The position numbers were made by a program, and so were the translations under genes. From a virus, in IMG/VR virus record IMGVR_UViG_3300001200_000025, positions 1 through 37,414 of that record: DNA of 37,414 nt, one strand, 5' to 3'. Shown one piece after another: positions 7,761 through 16,741 of the stretch (position 1 is the first letter of the stretch; every line of letters starts with the position of its first letter). The notes under the pieces were generated by a model. It saw nothing but the letters and a program-made list of their open reading frames with translations. It did not search any database and was not told the DNA's origin.

Positions 7761-9416
7761 ATGAATGCACTCACCCCTCGCCTGACGGCAACCGAACTGA
7801 CCATGCCCGAGCGGCTGGCGCTTGAGATGAATGATGAGGACAATGCCGCCCGCATTCTGTCCAGCTATGGCGAGGATTTGGTTTTCGTGAGCGGCAAGGG
7901 GTGGGCGGTATGGGATGGCCAGCGATATTCATTCCGGGCGGGCAATCTGGCCGCGCGTGAGATCGGCCACCGCCTGCGCCAGCTTGTGCTTGAGGAGGCC
8001 GAATGGGCCAAATGGAATGCCGAGTTTGACGATTGGCAGGTTGAGGCGTTCATTGATGAGCGAAAAAATGGCCGCCCGCCGACCCTGCATGACCATGAAA
8101 GCGCCACCAAGGAATTGCGCATAAATCTGTGGCGTGAGTTGAAAAAGCACGCCACGAAATGCGGCAATCTGGCCAAGGTCAAAACCGCTCTTGAGACGTG
8201 CGAGCACCAGCGCCGCGCCGAGGTTGAGGATATGGACAATGACCCGTGGACGCTGGTCATGCCCAATGGTGACCTTGATTTGCGTGCCGTGCGCGATTGG
8301 GAAAGGCCGCATGATGCCACCCCCGCCGAGATCATCGCCAGCAAGGCCAATTGGCTGCGCCAGACCGATCGCTCCAAGCTGCCCACCAAATGCGCGGGCG
8401 TGCCCTTTGACCCCGCCGCCGAGGCCCCGGCGTGGGTTGAGTTTATGGAACTGATCATCCCTGACCCCGAAATCCGCGCCTGCGCGCAGCGATGCCTCGG
8501 GGCCACGCTGTTTGGCGAGAACAAGGCGCAGGTGGCCATCATCATGCGCGGCCCCGGCGGCAACGGTAAATCCACCTTGCTCAACGGGCTTTCGCACGTC
8601 TTGGGCACGCGCGATGGTTATGCGGCACCCTGCAAGATTGAGATGTTTCTGGAAACCGGCCATGCGCAAGCCTCAAGTGCGACGCCCGAGGAGTCTGATC
8701 TGCCCGGCGCGCGCGCCTACATCGCCACCGAACCCGGCGCACGCGATATCTTGAGCGCCAAGAAAATCAAGGGCCTGACCGGGGGTGACCGCCGCATGAG
8801 CCGGGGGCTTTATGCCGACCCGTTTTTCTGGACGCCGCGCGGAATGCCCATCCTGTCATGCAACCGCACACCCAAAATCAAGGATGAGGATGAGGGCACC
8901 CGGCGCAGGCTGGTATTCCTTCCCTTTGACGTGAACCTGCGCGCCCTGCCGCCCGAAAAGCAACGTGATCAGGGCGAGGTTGAGCGTGAGATGCGTGAGC
9001 AAGGCTCGGGCATCCTGAATTGGCTGATTGAGGGCTATCAGGAATTTATGCACCTTGGCATCGCCATGCCCGAGGCCATGAGCAAGCTGAAAGCGCAATT
9101 GCTTGAGGCCGCCGACCCGGTGGGTGTTTTCCTTGAGGGCATGACCGAAAAAGAGACAAGCGGGCGCGTGAGCGTGAGCGAGTTTTACAAGGTGCATGAG
9201 GCGTGGTGCGAGCAAGAGGGCCGCACCATGTACCAGATGAAAACCGTGGGCGATATCATGGTTGAAAAGGGGTATGAGCGCGGCCCGGTGCAGGGCCGGT
9301 CACACTGGAAAGGGCTGCGCTGGTCTGCCGATGCTGCCGATCTGGTAGAGGGGGCCACCGGCTATCGCCCCACCACGGCCCCGGCTGCCCCGCGCCCCGA
9401 GGAGCCGCCGTTCTGA
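7761..9416 (+). CDS. Phage/plasmid primase-helicase, P4 family / D5-like SF3 helicase
   Basis: Walker A is MRGPGGNGKSTLLN and Walker B-like is AYIATEPG. The overall length and N-terminal region are typical of TIGR01613/D5_N proteins. Confidence 0.85.
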   Translation: MNALTPRLTATELTMPERLALEMNDEDNAARILSSYGEDLVFVSGKGWAVWDGQRYSFRAGNLAAREIGHRLRQLVLEEAEWAKWNAEFDDWQVEAFIDERKNGRPPTLHDHESATKELRINLWRELKKHATKCGNLAKVKTALETCEHQRRAEVEDMDNDPWTLVMPNGDLDLRAVRDWERPHDATPAEIIASKANWLRQTDRSKLPTKCAGVPFDPAAEAPAWVEFMELIIPDPEIRACAQRCLGATLFGENKAQVAIIMRGPGGNGKSTLLNGLSHVLGTRDGYAAPCKIEMFLETGHAQASSATPEESDLPGARAYIATEPGARDILSAKKIKGLTGGDRRMSRGLYADPFFWTPRGMPILSCNRTPKIKDEDEGTRRRLVFLPFDVNLRALPPEKQRDQGEVEREMREQGSGILNWLIEGYQEFMHLGIAMPEAMSKLKAQLLEAADPVGVFLEGMTEKETSGRVSVSEFYKVHEAWCEQEGRTMYQMKTVGDIMVEKGYERGPVQGRSHWKGLRWSADAADLVEGATGYRPTTAPAAPRPEEPPF

Positions 9417-9419
9417 TGC

Positions 9420-9830
9420 TCACCCTGCGCGCCCACCTCACCGGTCACCGCCGCCTTTGCCCGCCCCGCGCCCCGGGTGAGGAAGGTGAAAAAGGCACCC
9501 GGGGCACCCGTCATGGGGCGAGGGTTTATGTGGAGGGTGCCCTAGCCGGGCACCCCAGGTTTGCTGATGTGGGCGCTGCCGTAGTCCGGCAGCGAGATGC
9601 TGATGCGAAAAATCGGGTGGAATTTTGGCGAAAGCCTCACCTCCCTCACCATTGGCTCACCTTACTTTCTATCTCTAACCCTTTGAATTTATTATATCAG
9701 GTGAGGGAGGTGAGGAAGGTGAGGTAATATACACATATGAGAAAATTTATATGCACTGCCAAAAGGCAAAACAATGAAACGGGCCTCACCGCCCTCACCT
9801 GACCCACCTGACCGGAGAATGACCATGGCG
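9420..9830. promoter_or_regulatory. Putative replication origin / iteron region
   Basis: A 408-nt gap directly after the helicase gene. It holds about 10 CCTCACC/GGTGAGG heptamers and four GGCACCC/GGGTGCC copies (9494, 9503, 9535, 9549). It also has a 7-bp hairpin (9575-9593) and a perfect 16-bp inverted repeat bracketing a 49-bp AT-rich core. Confidence 0.55.
9635..9715. repeat. Perfect 16-bp inverted repeat flanking an AT-rich spacer
   Basis: cctcacctccctcacc (9635-9650) pairs with ggtgagggaggtgagg (9700-9715). The right arm extends to a triple GGTGAGG (9700-9724). Confidence 0.9.
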
Positions 9831-10520
9831 AAAAAGACGAAACCCAAGACAACCGAAAAGGCCAGCGCAAAGCACGGGGTCAGCCTGCCGATGTGCCCGT
9901 GGGATACCCACGCGATGGTTGATGGCAAGATGGTGCGCCTTGCCACCCCCGATCTTGAGCAAGCCGATATCGTTGAGGCATATGAGATGGGCGGCGAGCG
10001 CGGCGATGAGATCAAGGTGACCCGCCGTGCCCGGGTCTGGCGCACCGCCATGCCGCCGGTGCTCAAGGCGCTCAACCCTGCCGGTCAGGCCGCCATGCTC
10101 GACTATGCCGAGGCGCTGGCATCGGTGGGCGCATCGGGTGGCGGCGGCGGTTTCGGTGAGGGTGGCGGTGGCGGTGGCTGCGCAGGCTCACGCTCCCCGA
10201 GCCTTGCCAAGCTGATCAGCGCCGAGGCTTTGAGCCGCATGAATGCCGCCCTTGATCAACGTGAGATGGTGATTGTGCGCGCCGCCAATGACCCGCATGG
10301 CCCCGGTGCCCATCGTGCCAGCTATCGTGAGGTGGCCGCATGGGTGGCGGTTGACGGTGCTGGCCCGCGTGAGGTGCTGCGCCGGGTGGGTGGCCCGGTC
10401 ACCAGCGCGCAGGCGCAGGCCCGCTGCACCATCACCATTGCCGAGGTGAGCCAAATCTTGGCCCATTGTTGCGGCTATCTGCAATCACCGGACGTGGTTT
10501 GGCCAATCGCGCAAGAGTAG
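9825..10520 (+). CDS. Hypothetical protein with Gly-rich linker, possible DNA-binding protein
   Basis: ATG 9825 is 7 nt after GGAGA (an alternative ATG is at 9819). There is a SGGGGGFGEGGGGGG linker. The C-terminus VTSAQAQARCTITIAEVSQILAHCCGY is loosely similar to the C-terminus of the 1494-2372 product. Confidence 0.6.
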   Translation: MAKKTKPKTTEKASAKHGVSLPMCPWDTHAMVDGKMVRLATPDLEQADIVEAYEMGGERGDEIKVTRRARVWRTAMPPVLKALNPAGQAAMLDYAEALASVGASGGGGGFGEGGGGGGCAGSRSPSLAKLISAEALSRMNAALDQREMVIVRAANDPHGPGAHRASYREVAAWVAVDGAGPREVLRRVGGPVTSAQAQARCTITIAEVSQILAHCCGYLQSPDVVWPIAQE

Positions 10521-10663
10521 AGTACCGAAAGCGTATAAGGGGGCACGGTCTGATTGTTGCGCGCGGCCCCCGAATGAAGCGGCCCCGATGATCAGACCAA
10601 GGCCCCGGGCACCGCCGTGAACCCCCGCCGCGACCCGGGGCCGATGTTCAAATTCACCAGATA

Positions 10664-10706
10664 CCGCCCTACGCCTCCCCTCCCGGGCGTGGGGCGGTTG
10701 TCATTT
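10664..10706 (+). terminator. Rho-independent terminator-like hairpin
   Basis: A 12-bp stem (ccgccctacgcc / ggcgtggggcgg, one G-U pair) with a 10-nt loop, followed by ttgtcattt. Confidence 0.4.
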
Positions 10707-10722
10707 GAGGGGGTGCCCGCAT

Positions 10723-11328
10723 ATGCAGTTTGGCATCAAGAGCAATGTGGACGAGGTGGCGCGCGGCCTGAATGATGTGGCCCGCCGCCAGATGCCATAT
10801 GCCGTGAGCGTGGCCATCAATGACGTGCTCAAGGATATCAAGCGCAATTCGGAAAAGCGGCTCAAGCGCCAGTTAGATCGGCCAACCCCATTCACGATGA
10901 AAGCCTTTGGCATCCGATATGCCAACAAGCGCACACTGACCGGCAAGATATTCGTCAAGGACATTCAGGCCAAATACCTGAAATGGGCCGAGGATGGCGG
11001 CAGCCGCAAACCAAAGGGCCGGGCCATCGCGGTGCCGGTCAAGCAACGGCTCAACAAATACGGCAACATGCCCAAGGGTGCGCTCAAGCGTGCCATCGCC
11101 AAGCCCACGGTTTTCACCGGCACACCGAAAGGTCGGCCCGATGCACCGGGCGTCTATCAGCGCATGGGCAAAGGTGGTGGCAAGCTAAAGCTGCTGGCCA
11201 GCTTTGAACCCATCGCCAAATACAAGCCGCGCTTGGGTTTCAAACGTGGCGCTCGCCGCACTGCCGAGGCCCGGTTGCCCGGCGCATTGTACCGCGCCCT
11301 CACCAAAGCCATCGCAAATGCCCGATAG
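10723..11328 (+). CDS. Putative virion morphogenesis protein (HK97 gp10 / lambda gpZ-like)
   Basis: 201 aa and basic. The N-terminal pattern MPYAVSVAINDVLKDIKRNSEKRLKR and the C-terminal LPGALYRALTKAI resemble the layout of lambda gpZ/HK97 gp10 proteins, by eye only. Confidence 0.4.
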   Translation: MQFGIKSNVDEVARGLNDVARRQMPYAVSVAINDVLKDIKRNSEKRLKRQLDRPTPFTMKAFGIRYANKRTLTGKIFVKDIQAKYLKWAEDGGSRKPKGRAIAVPVKQRLNKYGNMPKGALKRAIAKPTVFTGTPKGRPDAPGVYQRMGKGGGKLKLLASFEPIAKYKPRLGFKRGARRTAEARLPGALYRALTKAIANAR

Positions 11329-11473
11329 GTTCTTTGCAGCCTAAACGCCCATGGGTAATTCGCGCGCATGGATGGTTTGTGACTTTTCCGGCTCGGCGCG
11401 CTTGCGCTTTCGGTTGTGGTTGTTGTTCGGCGGCAGGGGGAAAAGAGAAACGGCCACACATGAGGGGGCGGCG

Positions 11474-12115
11474 ATGAGCGATTTTGAACCTGATCTGCGC
11501 ACCCTCACCGCCGATGAGGTGGCGCTGGTGGAGCGCTACCCGCTGCCAGATGGCGCAACCGATGCGCTGGTGAACAAGACGCAGCTTGAGGTTGGGCTTG
11601 GAGTTTCCGGCACCACCATTTCATCATGGCTGCGCCGCGCGGACAACCCGCTGCCCTATGAGACGGCGGGCACCAATGGCCGCAATTATCAGTTTCGCCT
11701 TTCGGTTGCCTTCGCATGGATGCAGGCGATGCGCGCCGATGAGGATAGCGCCAAGGCGCAGGGCGATGCTGCCGCCGCGCAACTGGCCATGCACCTGCTG
11801 GGCGGCCAGACCGCCTCGGCGGTTGATGGCAAGATGAGCCTCGCCGATCAGCGCAAGCACATGGAGCTTGAGGTGATCAGGATGAGCGCCGCCCGCCAAC
11901 GCGGCGAGTTGATGTGGCGCGATGATGTGGTGACCGGCTTTGAAGAATACGGCGCGGCCATTCGGGATGCGCTTGACGCGCTGCCGGATCGGCTGGCGCG
12001 TGAGTTGGGCCTTGAGGGCCGTGATCTGGAAAAGTGCGAGCGGGCTTGCGATGATGCGCTGGCCGCCGCCCACCGGGCAATGATTGAGGTGATCGGCGAT
12101 GGGAGCGCAGAATGA
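11474..12115 (+). CDS. terS: Terminase small subunit, Nu1-like
   Basis: ATG 11474 follows GAGGGGG. VNKTQLEVGLGVSGTTISSWLRRADNPLP...GTNGRNYQFRLSVAFAW parallels the lambda Nu1 winged-HTH N-terminus. It overlaps terL by 17 nt. Confidence 0.7.
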   Translation: MSDFEPDLRTLTADEVALVERYPLPDGATDALVNKTQLEVGLGVSGTTISSWLRRADNPLPYETAGTNGRNYQFRLSVAFAWMQAMRADEDSAKAQGDAAAAQLAMHLLGGQTASAVDGKMSLADQRKHMELEVIRMSAARQRGELMWRDDVVTGFEEYGAAIRDALDALPDRLARELGLEGRDLEKCERACDDALAAAHRAMIEVIGDGSAE

Positions 12116-14219
12116 CAAGCTATTTGCCGTTGAGCCGCTGCCGCCTTTCGCCGGTGTTGAGGACGCCATTCGTGAGGCGCTGCCCTCGCTCAAGCCGCTC
12201 GCCCGGGTCAAGGTAAGCGAAACCGCCACCCGCCGCTCCATCAAATCGGGCGGCCATTGGGTGCCGTACCGCCACGATGTGGCCCCCTACATGATTGAGC
12301 CGATGGATGTGACCACATCGCGCCGGTTTGACTCCATCGCTTTTGTTGGACCTGCCCGATCATCGAAATCCGAGGGCTTGGTGATTTGCCCCGTTGCTCA
12401 TGCGGTATTGGCGCAGCCAAGATTTGTGGCCGTGTTCAGCCCCACCAAAGGGGCCGCGCAAGAGTGGTCAGAAGGCACGCTTGATGAGTTGATCAGAAAT
12501 TCCCCCGAATTGCGCGCGGCACTATCGCCCGGCAAGGGTGGCGACAACATCTTCACCAAGAAATTCAAGGGCAACATGCGCCTGACGATTGATTGGCCGG
12601 TGGGTGACAAGCTGGCGCAGCGCTCGCTCGCACTGGTGATCGGCACCGACTATGACAAATTCAAGGCTGATATTGGCAGCAATGCCGATGGCATGGGTGA
12701 GGGCGGCGCGTTTCCGTTGATGCGCAAACGCACAGAGGATGCCGGGTCGCGCGGCATGACGATTGTGGAATCCTCGCCGCGCTTTCCGATCATTGATGAG
12801 ACTTGGACGCCCACCACCGCGCATGAGGCCCCGCCCTGCGGTGGTGGCGTGGTGCCGATCTACAATACCGGCACCCGTGGCCGCCTTTACTGGACGTGCC
12901 CCGAATGCGCCCACGAATTTGAGCCGAGGTTTGAGCGGCTGGAATGGCCAAAGGAGGGCACCGCCGCCGAGCGCGGGGCCGCCGCATACATGCTTTGCCC
13001 ATCGGGCAATGGTTGCTTCATTGAGGCCAAGCAAAAGGCCGATCTGAATATGACGGCCCGCTGGCTGCATGAGGACACGGATGGCGCGCTGGTGCCGTTG
13101 GCCGATCTGACCCGAGATGTGGCGACCGCTTCTTACTGGTTGCCCGCCCCGGCGGCAGCGCTGGCCCCTTGGTCACGCATCGTGAGCCGTTTCATTGAGG
13201 CCGAGCATGAGTTTCAAAAGACCGGTGGCGAGGGCACCCTGAAATCGGTCACCAATGTTGAGTTGGGACTGCCCTACATGCCGCGCGCACGGTCAACATC
13301 GGAGTCGCTTTCGCTGGAGGCGCTCAAGGAAATGCAGACCGATCACACATGGAACGTGGCCCCGGCTGGCACCGCATTCCTCATCGCCGCCATTGACGTT
13401 CAAAAGGGCAAGTTTGTCGGTCAGGTTGAGGCGTATCTGCCAAACCTTGAGCGGGTTCTGATTGACCGCTTCGATATTGTGAACCCGCCCGCAACTGCGC
13501 CCCGCCATGAAGGCCGGGCAATCAGCCCCGAAAGGTACGGCGAGGATTGGGATGCCTTGCTGCCGTTGATGGATAAGGTTTACCCCGTCGACGGCGCGCA
13601 GCACGGCCTCAAGGTGCTGGGCATCGTGTGCGATTTGCGAGGGCAGCCGGGGGTGACCCCGCGCGCCCGTGACTTCTACCGCAAGTGCCGGGTGGCCCAT
13701 CGCAACCGGTTCTATCTGGTGCAGGGTGAGGGTGGCGAACGCCGCCCCCGCGCTGTGCTTAGGCACCCCGAGAAATCGCACACCGGCAAGGATGCCACGG
13801 CGCGCGATGTGCCCAACATCTTTGCGGGCACTGACCGGTTGAAAGATGAAATCACGGCCTCGCTCATGCGTGAGGATGCAGGTGAGCGCAAGCTGCACCT
13901 GCCGCGCTATGCACCGCATGAGGTGTTTGAGGAATACTGCGCCGAGCGGCGCACCGACAAGGGCTGGAAAAAGCGACCCGGCGTTGAGCGAAATGAGGCG
14001 CTGGACCTTTCGGTCTATGGCCTTTCGCTCGTGATCGTTCTGGAGGCCGAGGCCATCAATTGGGAATACCCACCCGCTTGGGCAACCCCCGGCGCGGGCA
14101 ACATGATGGCGGTCAAATACCAGACCGAGGACGGCACCGAAAAGACGGGCGAGATTGCCCCACCCGAAAACAAGCCCGCCCGCACATGGGCGGTCAAGAA
14201 ACCCAAGAGGAAATGGTAA
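12099..14219 (+). CDS. terL: Terminase large subunit, GpA (lambda) family
   Basis: 706 aa with the P-loop-like [12 protein letters not shown] and the Cys cluster [11 protein letters not shown]...CPSGNGC typical of GpA terminases. It sits after the Nu1-like gene. Confidence 0.9.
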   Translation: MGAQNDKLFAVEPLPPFAGVEDAIREALPSLKPLARVKVSETATRRSIKSGGHWVPYRHDVAPYMIEPMDVTTSRRFDSIAFVGPARSSKSEGLVICPVAHAVLAQPRFVAVFSPTKGAAQEWSEGTLDELIRNSPELRAALSPGKGGDNIFTKKFKGNMRLTIDWPVGDKLAQRSLALVIGTDYDKFKADIGSNADGMGEGGAFPLMRKRTEDAGSRGMTIVESSPRFPIIDETWTPTTAHEAPPCGGGVVPIYNTGTRGRLYWTCPECAHEFEPRFERLEWPKEGTAAERGAAAYMLCPSGNGCFIEAKQKADLNMTARWLHEDTDGALVPLADLTRDVATASYWLPAPAAALAPWSRIVSRFIEAEHEFQKTGGEGTLKSVTNVELGLPYMPRARSTSESLSLEALKEMQTDHTWNVAPAGTAFLIAAIDVQKGKFVGQVEAYLPNLERVLIDRFDIVNPPATAPRHEGRAISPERYGEDWDALLPLMDKVYPVDGAQHGLKVLGIVCDLRGQPGVTPRARDFYRKCRVAHRNRFYLVQGEGGERRPRAVLRHPEKSHTGKDATARDVPNIFAGTDRLKDEITASLMREDAGERKLHLPRYAPHEVFEEYCAERRTDKGWKKRPGVERNEALDLSVYGLSLVIVLEAEAINWEYPPAWATPGAGNMMAVKYQTEDGTEKTGEIAPPENKPARTWAVKKPKRKW

Positions 14220-14677
14220 TGGCCCTTAATCGCGCAGAGATCATCGGAAACCTTGGGGCTGACCCTGACGTGCGCAGCTTTGCCAATGGCGGCAAGGTTG
14301 CAAATCTTTCGGTTGCCACGACACGCAAGTGGAAAGATCGCAATTCGGGTGAGACGCAAGAGCGCACCGAATGGCACCGCGTTGCGATTACCGCCGAGGG
14401 GTTGGCCGGGGTGGCCGAGCGCTACCTGAAAAAAGGCTCCAAGGTCTATATTGCCGGGCGGCTGCAAACCCGCAAATGGCAAGACCAGAGCGGGCAGGAT
14501 CGCTACACTACCGAGATTGTGGTGGCCGGTTTTGAGGGCACGCTTGAGATGCTGGGCGATGCGCGCGGCGGCAGTGGCGGCGACCCCGGCCCCGGGCCTG
14601 ATGGTCAGGGCGGCGGCTATGGCGGCTCCGATCAGGGCGGCGGCAGCCGTGATCTTGACGACGAAATCCCATTCTGA
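14219..14677 (+). CDS. ssb: Single-stranded DNA-binding protein
   Basis: The OB-fold N-terminus reads [17 protein letters not shown]...TEWHRV...[29 protein letters not shown], followed by a Gly-rich linker and the canonical acidic tip DLDDEIPF. The start overlaps the terL stop (alternative ATG at 14213). Confidence 0.9.
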   Translation: MALNRAEIIGNLGADPDVRSFANGGKVANLSVATTRKWKDRNSGETQERTEWHRVAITAEGLAGVAERYLKKGSKVYIAGRLQTRKWQDQSGQDRYTTEIVVAGFEGTLEMLGDARGGSGGDPGPGPDGQGGGYGGSDQGGGSRDLDDEIPF

Positions 14678-14699
14678 AAACCCAAGCGAGGCCACCAAC

Positions 14700-15245
14700 A
14701 TGACGGACAATTCAGGCATTCCCGCCACGTTGGTGGCGGGCGATACATGGGCTTGGTCTGATGCGAGCGCCTTTGCATCACACCCGCCGCCCTACTGGAC
14801 GCTGCGCTATATTCTGCGTCCGGTGGGTGGCGGCGTTGCCATCACAATTCAGGCGGTTGCGGCGGCTGATTGCTACAACCTGACCCTCGGCAGCGCCACC
14901 ACGGCACCCGCCGAGCCGGGGCCATACGAATGGACGGCGCTGGCCTATGAGGATGGCGGCGATGAGCGCGCTTGGGTGGCCTCGGGCCGCCTGACCGTAG
15001 CACCGGACCCGGCCACCGCGACCGGCAGTCTGCGCAGTGCCGCCGAGCGCATCCTTGAGGCCATCACGGCCACGATTGAGGGCCGCGCCACCAAGGATGC
15101 GGACGCCTATTCGATTGAGGGGCGCAGCATTACCCGCACGCCGCTGCCCGATCTGTTGAGATTGCAGGCGGTCTATGAGCGCAAGGTTGCCGCCGAGCGC
15201 AACCCGAACGCCTCACCATTCCAGTATCGGAGGGTCAAGATTTGA
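14700..15245 (+). CDS. gpW-like head-tail joining protein with an N-terminal extension of about 110 aa
   Basis: The C-terminus AERILEAITATIEGRATKDADAYSIEGRSITRTPLPDLLRLQAVYERKV resembles lambda gpW. It lies between terL and portal, as in lambda. Confidence 0.55.
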   Translation: MTDNSGIPATLVAGDTWAWSDASAFASHPPPYWTLRYILRPVGGGVAITIQAVAAADCYNLTLGSATTAPAEPGPYEWTALAYEDGGDERAWVASGRLTVAPDPATATGSLRSAAERILEAITATIEGRATKDADAYSIEGRSITRTPLPDLLRLQAVYERKVAAERNPNASPFQYRRVKI

Positions 15246-16741
15246 AATGGCCTTTTTCACGGGCGAGCAAAACGCCCGAACCCGCCACACCTCACCGCCG
15301 CGAACCGGCGTTGCACAAGCGCTCCTTTCGGGCTGCATACCCTGACCGTCTGGCCTCGGGTTTCAGTTTTTTCGGCCCCACCACGCGCGATGAAACCCGC
15401 CGCGAAATTCGAGGGCTGGTCAATCACTCACGTCATGCCGCGCAAAACTTCGATACGCAGCGCAGCTATGAGATGCTTTTCCGCCGCCATGTGATCGGCC
15501 CCAACGGCATCCGTTTGCAGATGAACGTGCGCGACCCCGGCGGCCAAAAGGACCGCGTTGCCAACACCAACATTCAAGACGGTTGGGCAAAATGGGGCAA
15601 GATGGGCAGCCCGTCCATCTGTGGCCGCCTTAGCTGGTGGGGCATTGAGTGCCAGATGGCCACCGCGATTGCCCGTGAGGGCGGTGCGTTCATGCGTATC
15701 TATGAAGGCCGGGGCCGAGGCCCTTATGGCATTCAGGTTGAGCCGATCCCGTTTGACTTGCTGGACCTTGATCTGACCCACCCCCTGCCGGGCGGCGCTT
15801 ACGTCGAATCCGGCATTGAATTTGACGCCGATGGCCGCGTGCTCGCCTATCATATCTGGTCGGTGCCACAATCTGACGGGCACCGCAATGTGCCGCGCCG
15901 CCGGATCAGGGTGCCGCAACGCCAGATGATTTATGTTCTTGTGCCCGAGGAAATCGGCCAAGCGCTCGGCATTCCGCGCTCGGCAACTGCCCTGCGACTG
16001 ATGAATATGAGCGAGAAATACCAAGAGTCCGCGATGGCCGCCGCCAACTACGGTGCCGCGCAAATGGTGTTTTTCGAGCAGGAAAATTCATCCGGCCAGC
16101 TTGGCGGCACCCCTGCCGATGCCAACGTGCCGATTGATGAAATTGAAGCGGGCACGCTGGCGATGCTGCCGCCCGGTGTGAAGGCGAACTATAGCAACCC
16201 GCACTATCCCGATGCTGCCGTTGAGCCGTTCATGCGCTACATGGGCACCAGCCAAGCCGCCGGGCTTGGCGTTGCCTATGAGACACTGACCGCCGATCTG
16301 TCACGCGCCAATTTCTCAAGTCTGCGCGCAGGCAAGGGTGAGGAGCGTGATGAGTGGCGGATGCTGCAACGCGCGGTTTTTGAGGGCCTGCATGATCAGG
16401 TTTTTGCCCGATGGTTGCCGGTGGCAATTCTGTCTGGCCGCCTGCGCCTGCCCATCGCCAAGCTGGACAAGTTTATGGCACCGATCTGGCGGCCACGCGG
16501 CTGGCAATCGGTTAACCCGAAAGACGATGCAACCGCGAATGCCAATGATCTGGCCAGCGGGGCAAAATCGCTCACTGAAATAATCGCCGACCGGGGCCGG
16601 TCGCTTGAGGATGTGCTTGATGAGCGCGCGGCAGATCGCGCGGCATTCGAGGAGCGCAGCCTGCCGGTGCCCGATTGGATGGCCCTGCCCGATGATGGGG
16701 TGCCCGGCGATTCTGAACCGCCACCAAAGGAGGCAAAATGA
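15242..16741 (+). CDS. Portal protein, lambda (gpB) family
   Basis: 499 aa, with a TTG start overlapping the upstream stop. Size, position and sequence character fit Phage_portal_2. Confidence 0.8.
   Translation: MKWPFSRASKTPEPATPHRREPALHKRSFRAAYPDRLASGFSFFGPTTRDETRREIRGLVNHSRHAAQNFDTQRSYEMLFRRHVIGPNGIRLQMNVRDPGGQKDRVANTNIQDGWAKWGKMGSPSICGRLSWWGIECQMATAIAREGGAFMRIYEGRGRGPYGIQVEPIPFDLLDLDLTHPLPGGAYVESGIEFDADGRVLAYHIWSVPQSDGHRNVPRRRIRVPQRQMIYVLVPEEIGQALGIPRSATALRLMNMSEKYQESAMAAANYGAAQMVFFEQENSSGQLGGTPADANVPIDEIEAGTLAMLPPGVKANYSNPHYPDAAVEPFMRYMGTSQAAGLGVAYETLTADLSRANFSSLRAGKGEERDEWRMLQRAVFEGLHDQVFARWLPVAILSGRLRLPIAKLDKFMAPIWRPRGWQSVNPKDDATANANDLASGAKSLTEIIADRGRSLEDVLDERAADRAAFEERSLPVPDWMALPDDGVPGDSEPPPKEAK

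Noticed and set aside
9416-9727. 103-aa + strand ORF overlapping the helicase stop (TGATG)
   Set aside because: It runs straight through the iteron/inverted-repeat/AT-rich origin-like region and ends inside the GGTGAGG triplet. The tail of its sequence is translated repeat DNA. A short real peptide at its 5' end cannot be excluded.
10130-10200. Gly-rich low-complexity tracts (GGGGGFGEGGGGGG here, also 14570-14650 in ssb and 22200-22270 in the tape measure gene)
   Set aside because: They are in-frame flexible linkers typical of these protein classes and are not nucleotide-level tandem repeats of independent significance.
11351-11473. Upstream extension of the TerS ORF. The same applies to 14060-14218 for ssb, 14451-14699 for the gpW-like gene, 29133-29285 for the membrane protein and 32960-33100 for the small acidic protein.
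   Set aside because: The extensions overlap upstream genes, terminators or repeat arrays and translate to low-complexity sequence. Internal ATGs with SD sequences give products that begin at the conserved N-termini.
11464-11473. GGGCGGCGA immediately before the TerS start, identical to 9 of the 12 nt of the lambda cohesive end GGGCGGCGACCT
   Set aside because: It is a short GC-rich match that doubles as the SD region of terS and is likely a coincidence in a >60% GC genome. It is kept only as a pointer for the cos mapping proposed in the findings.
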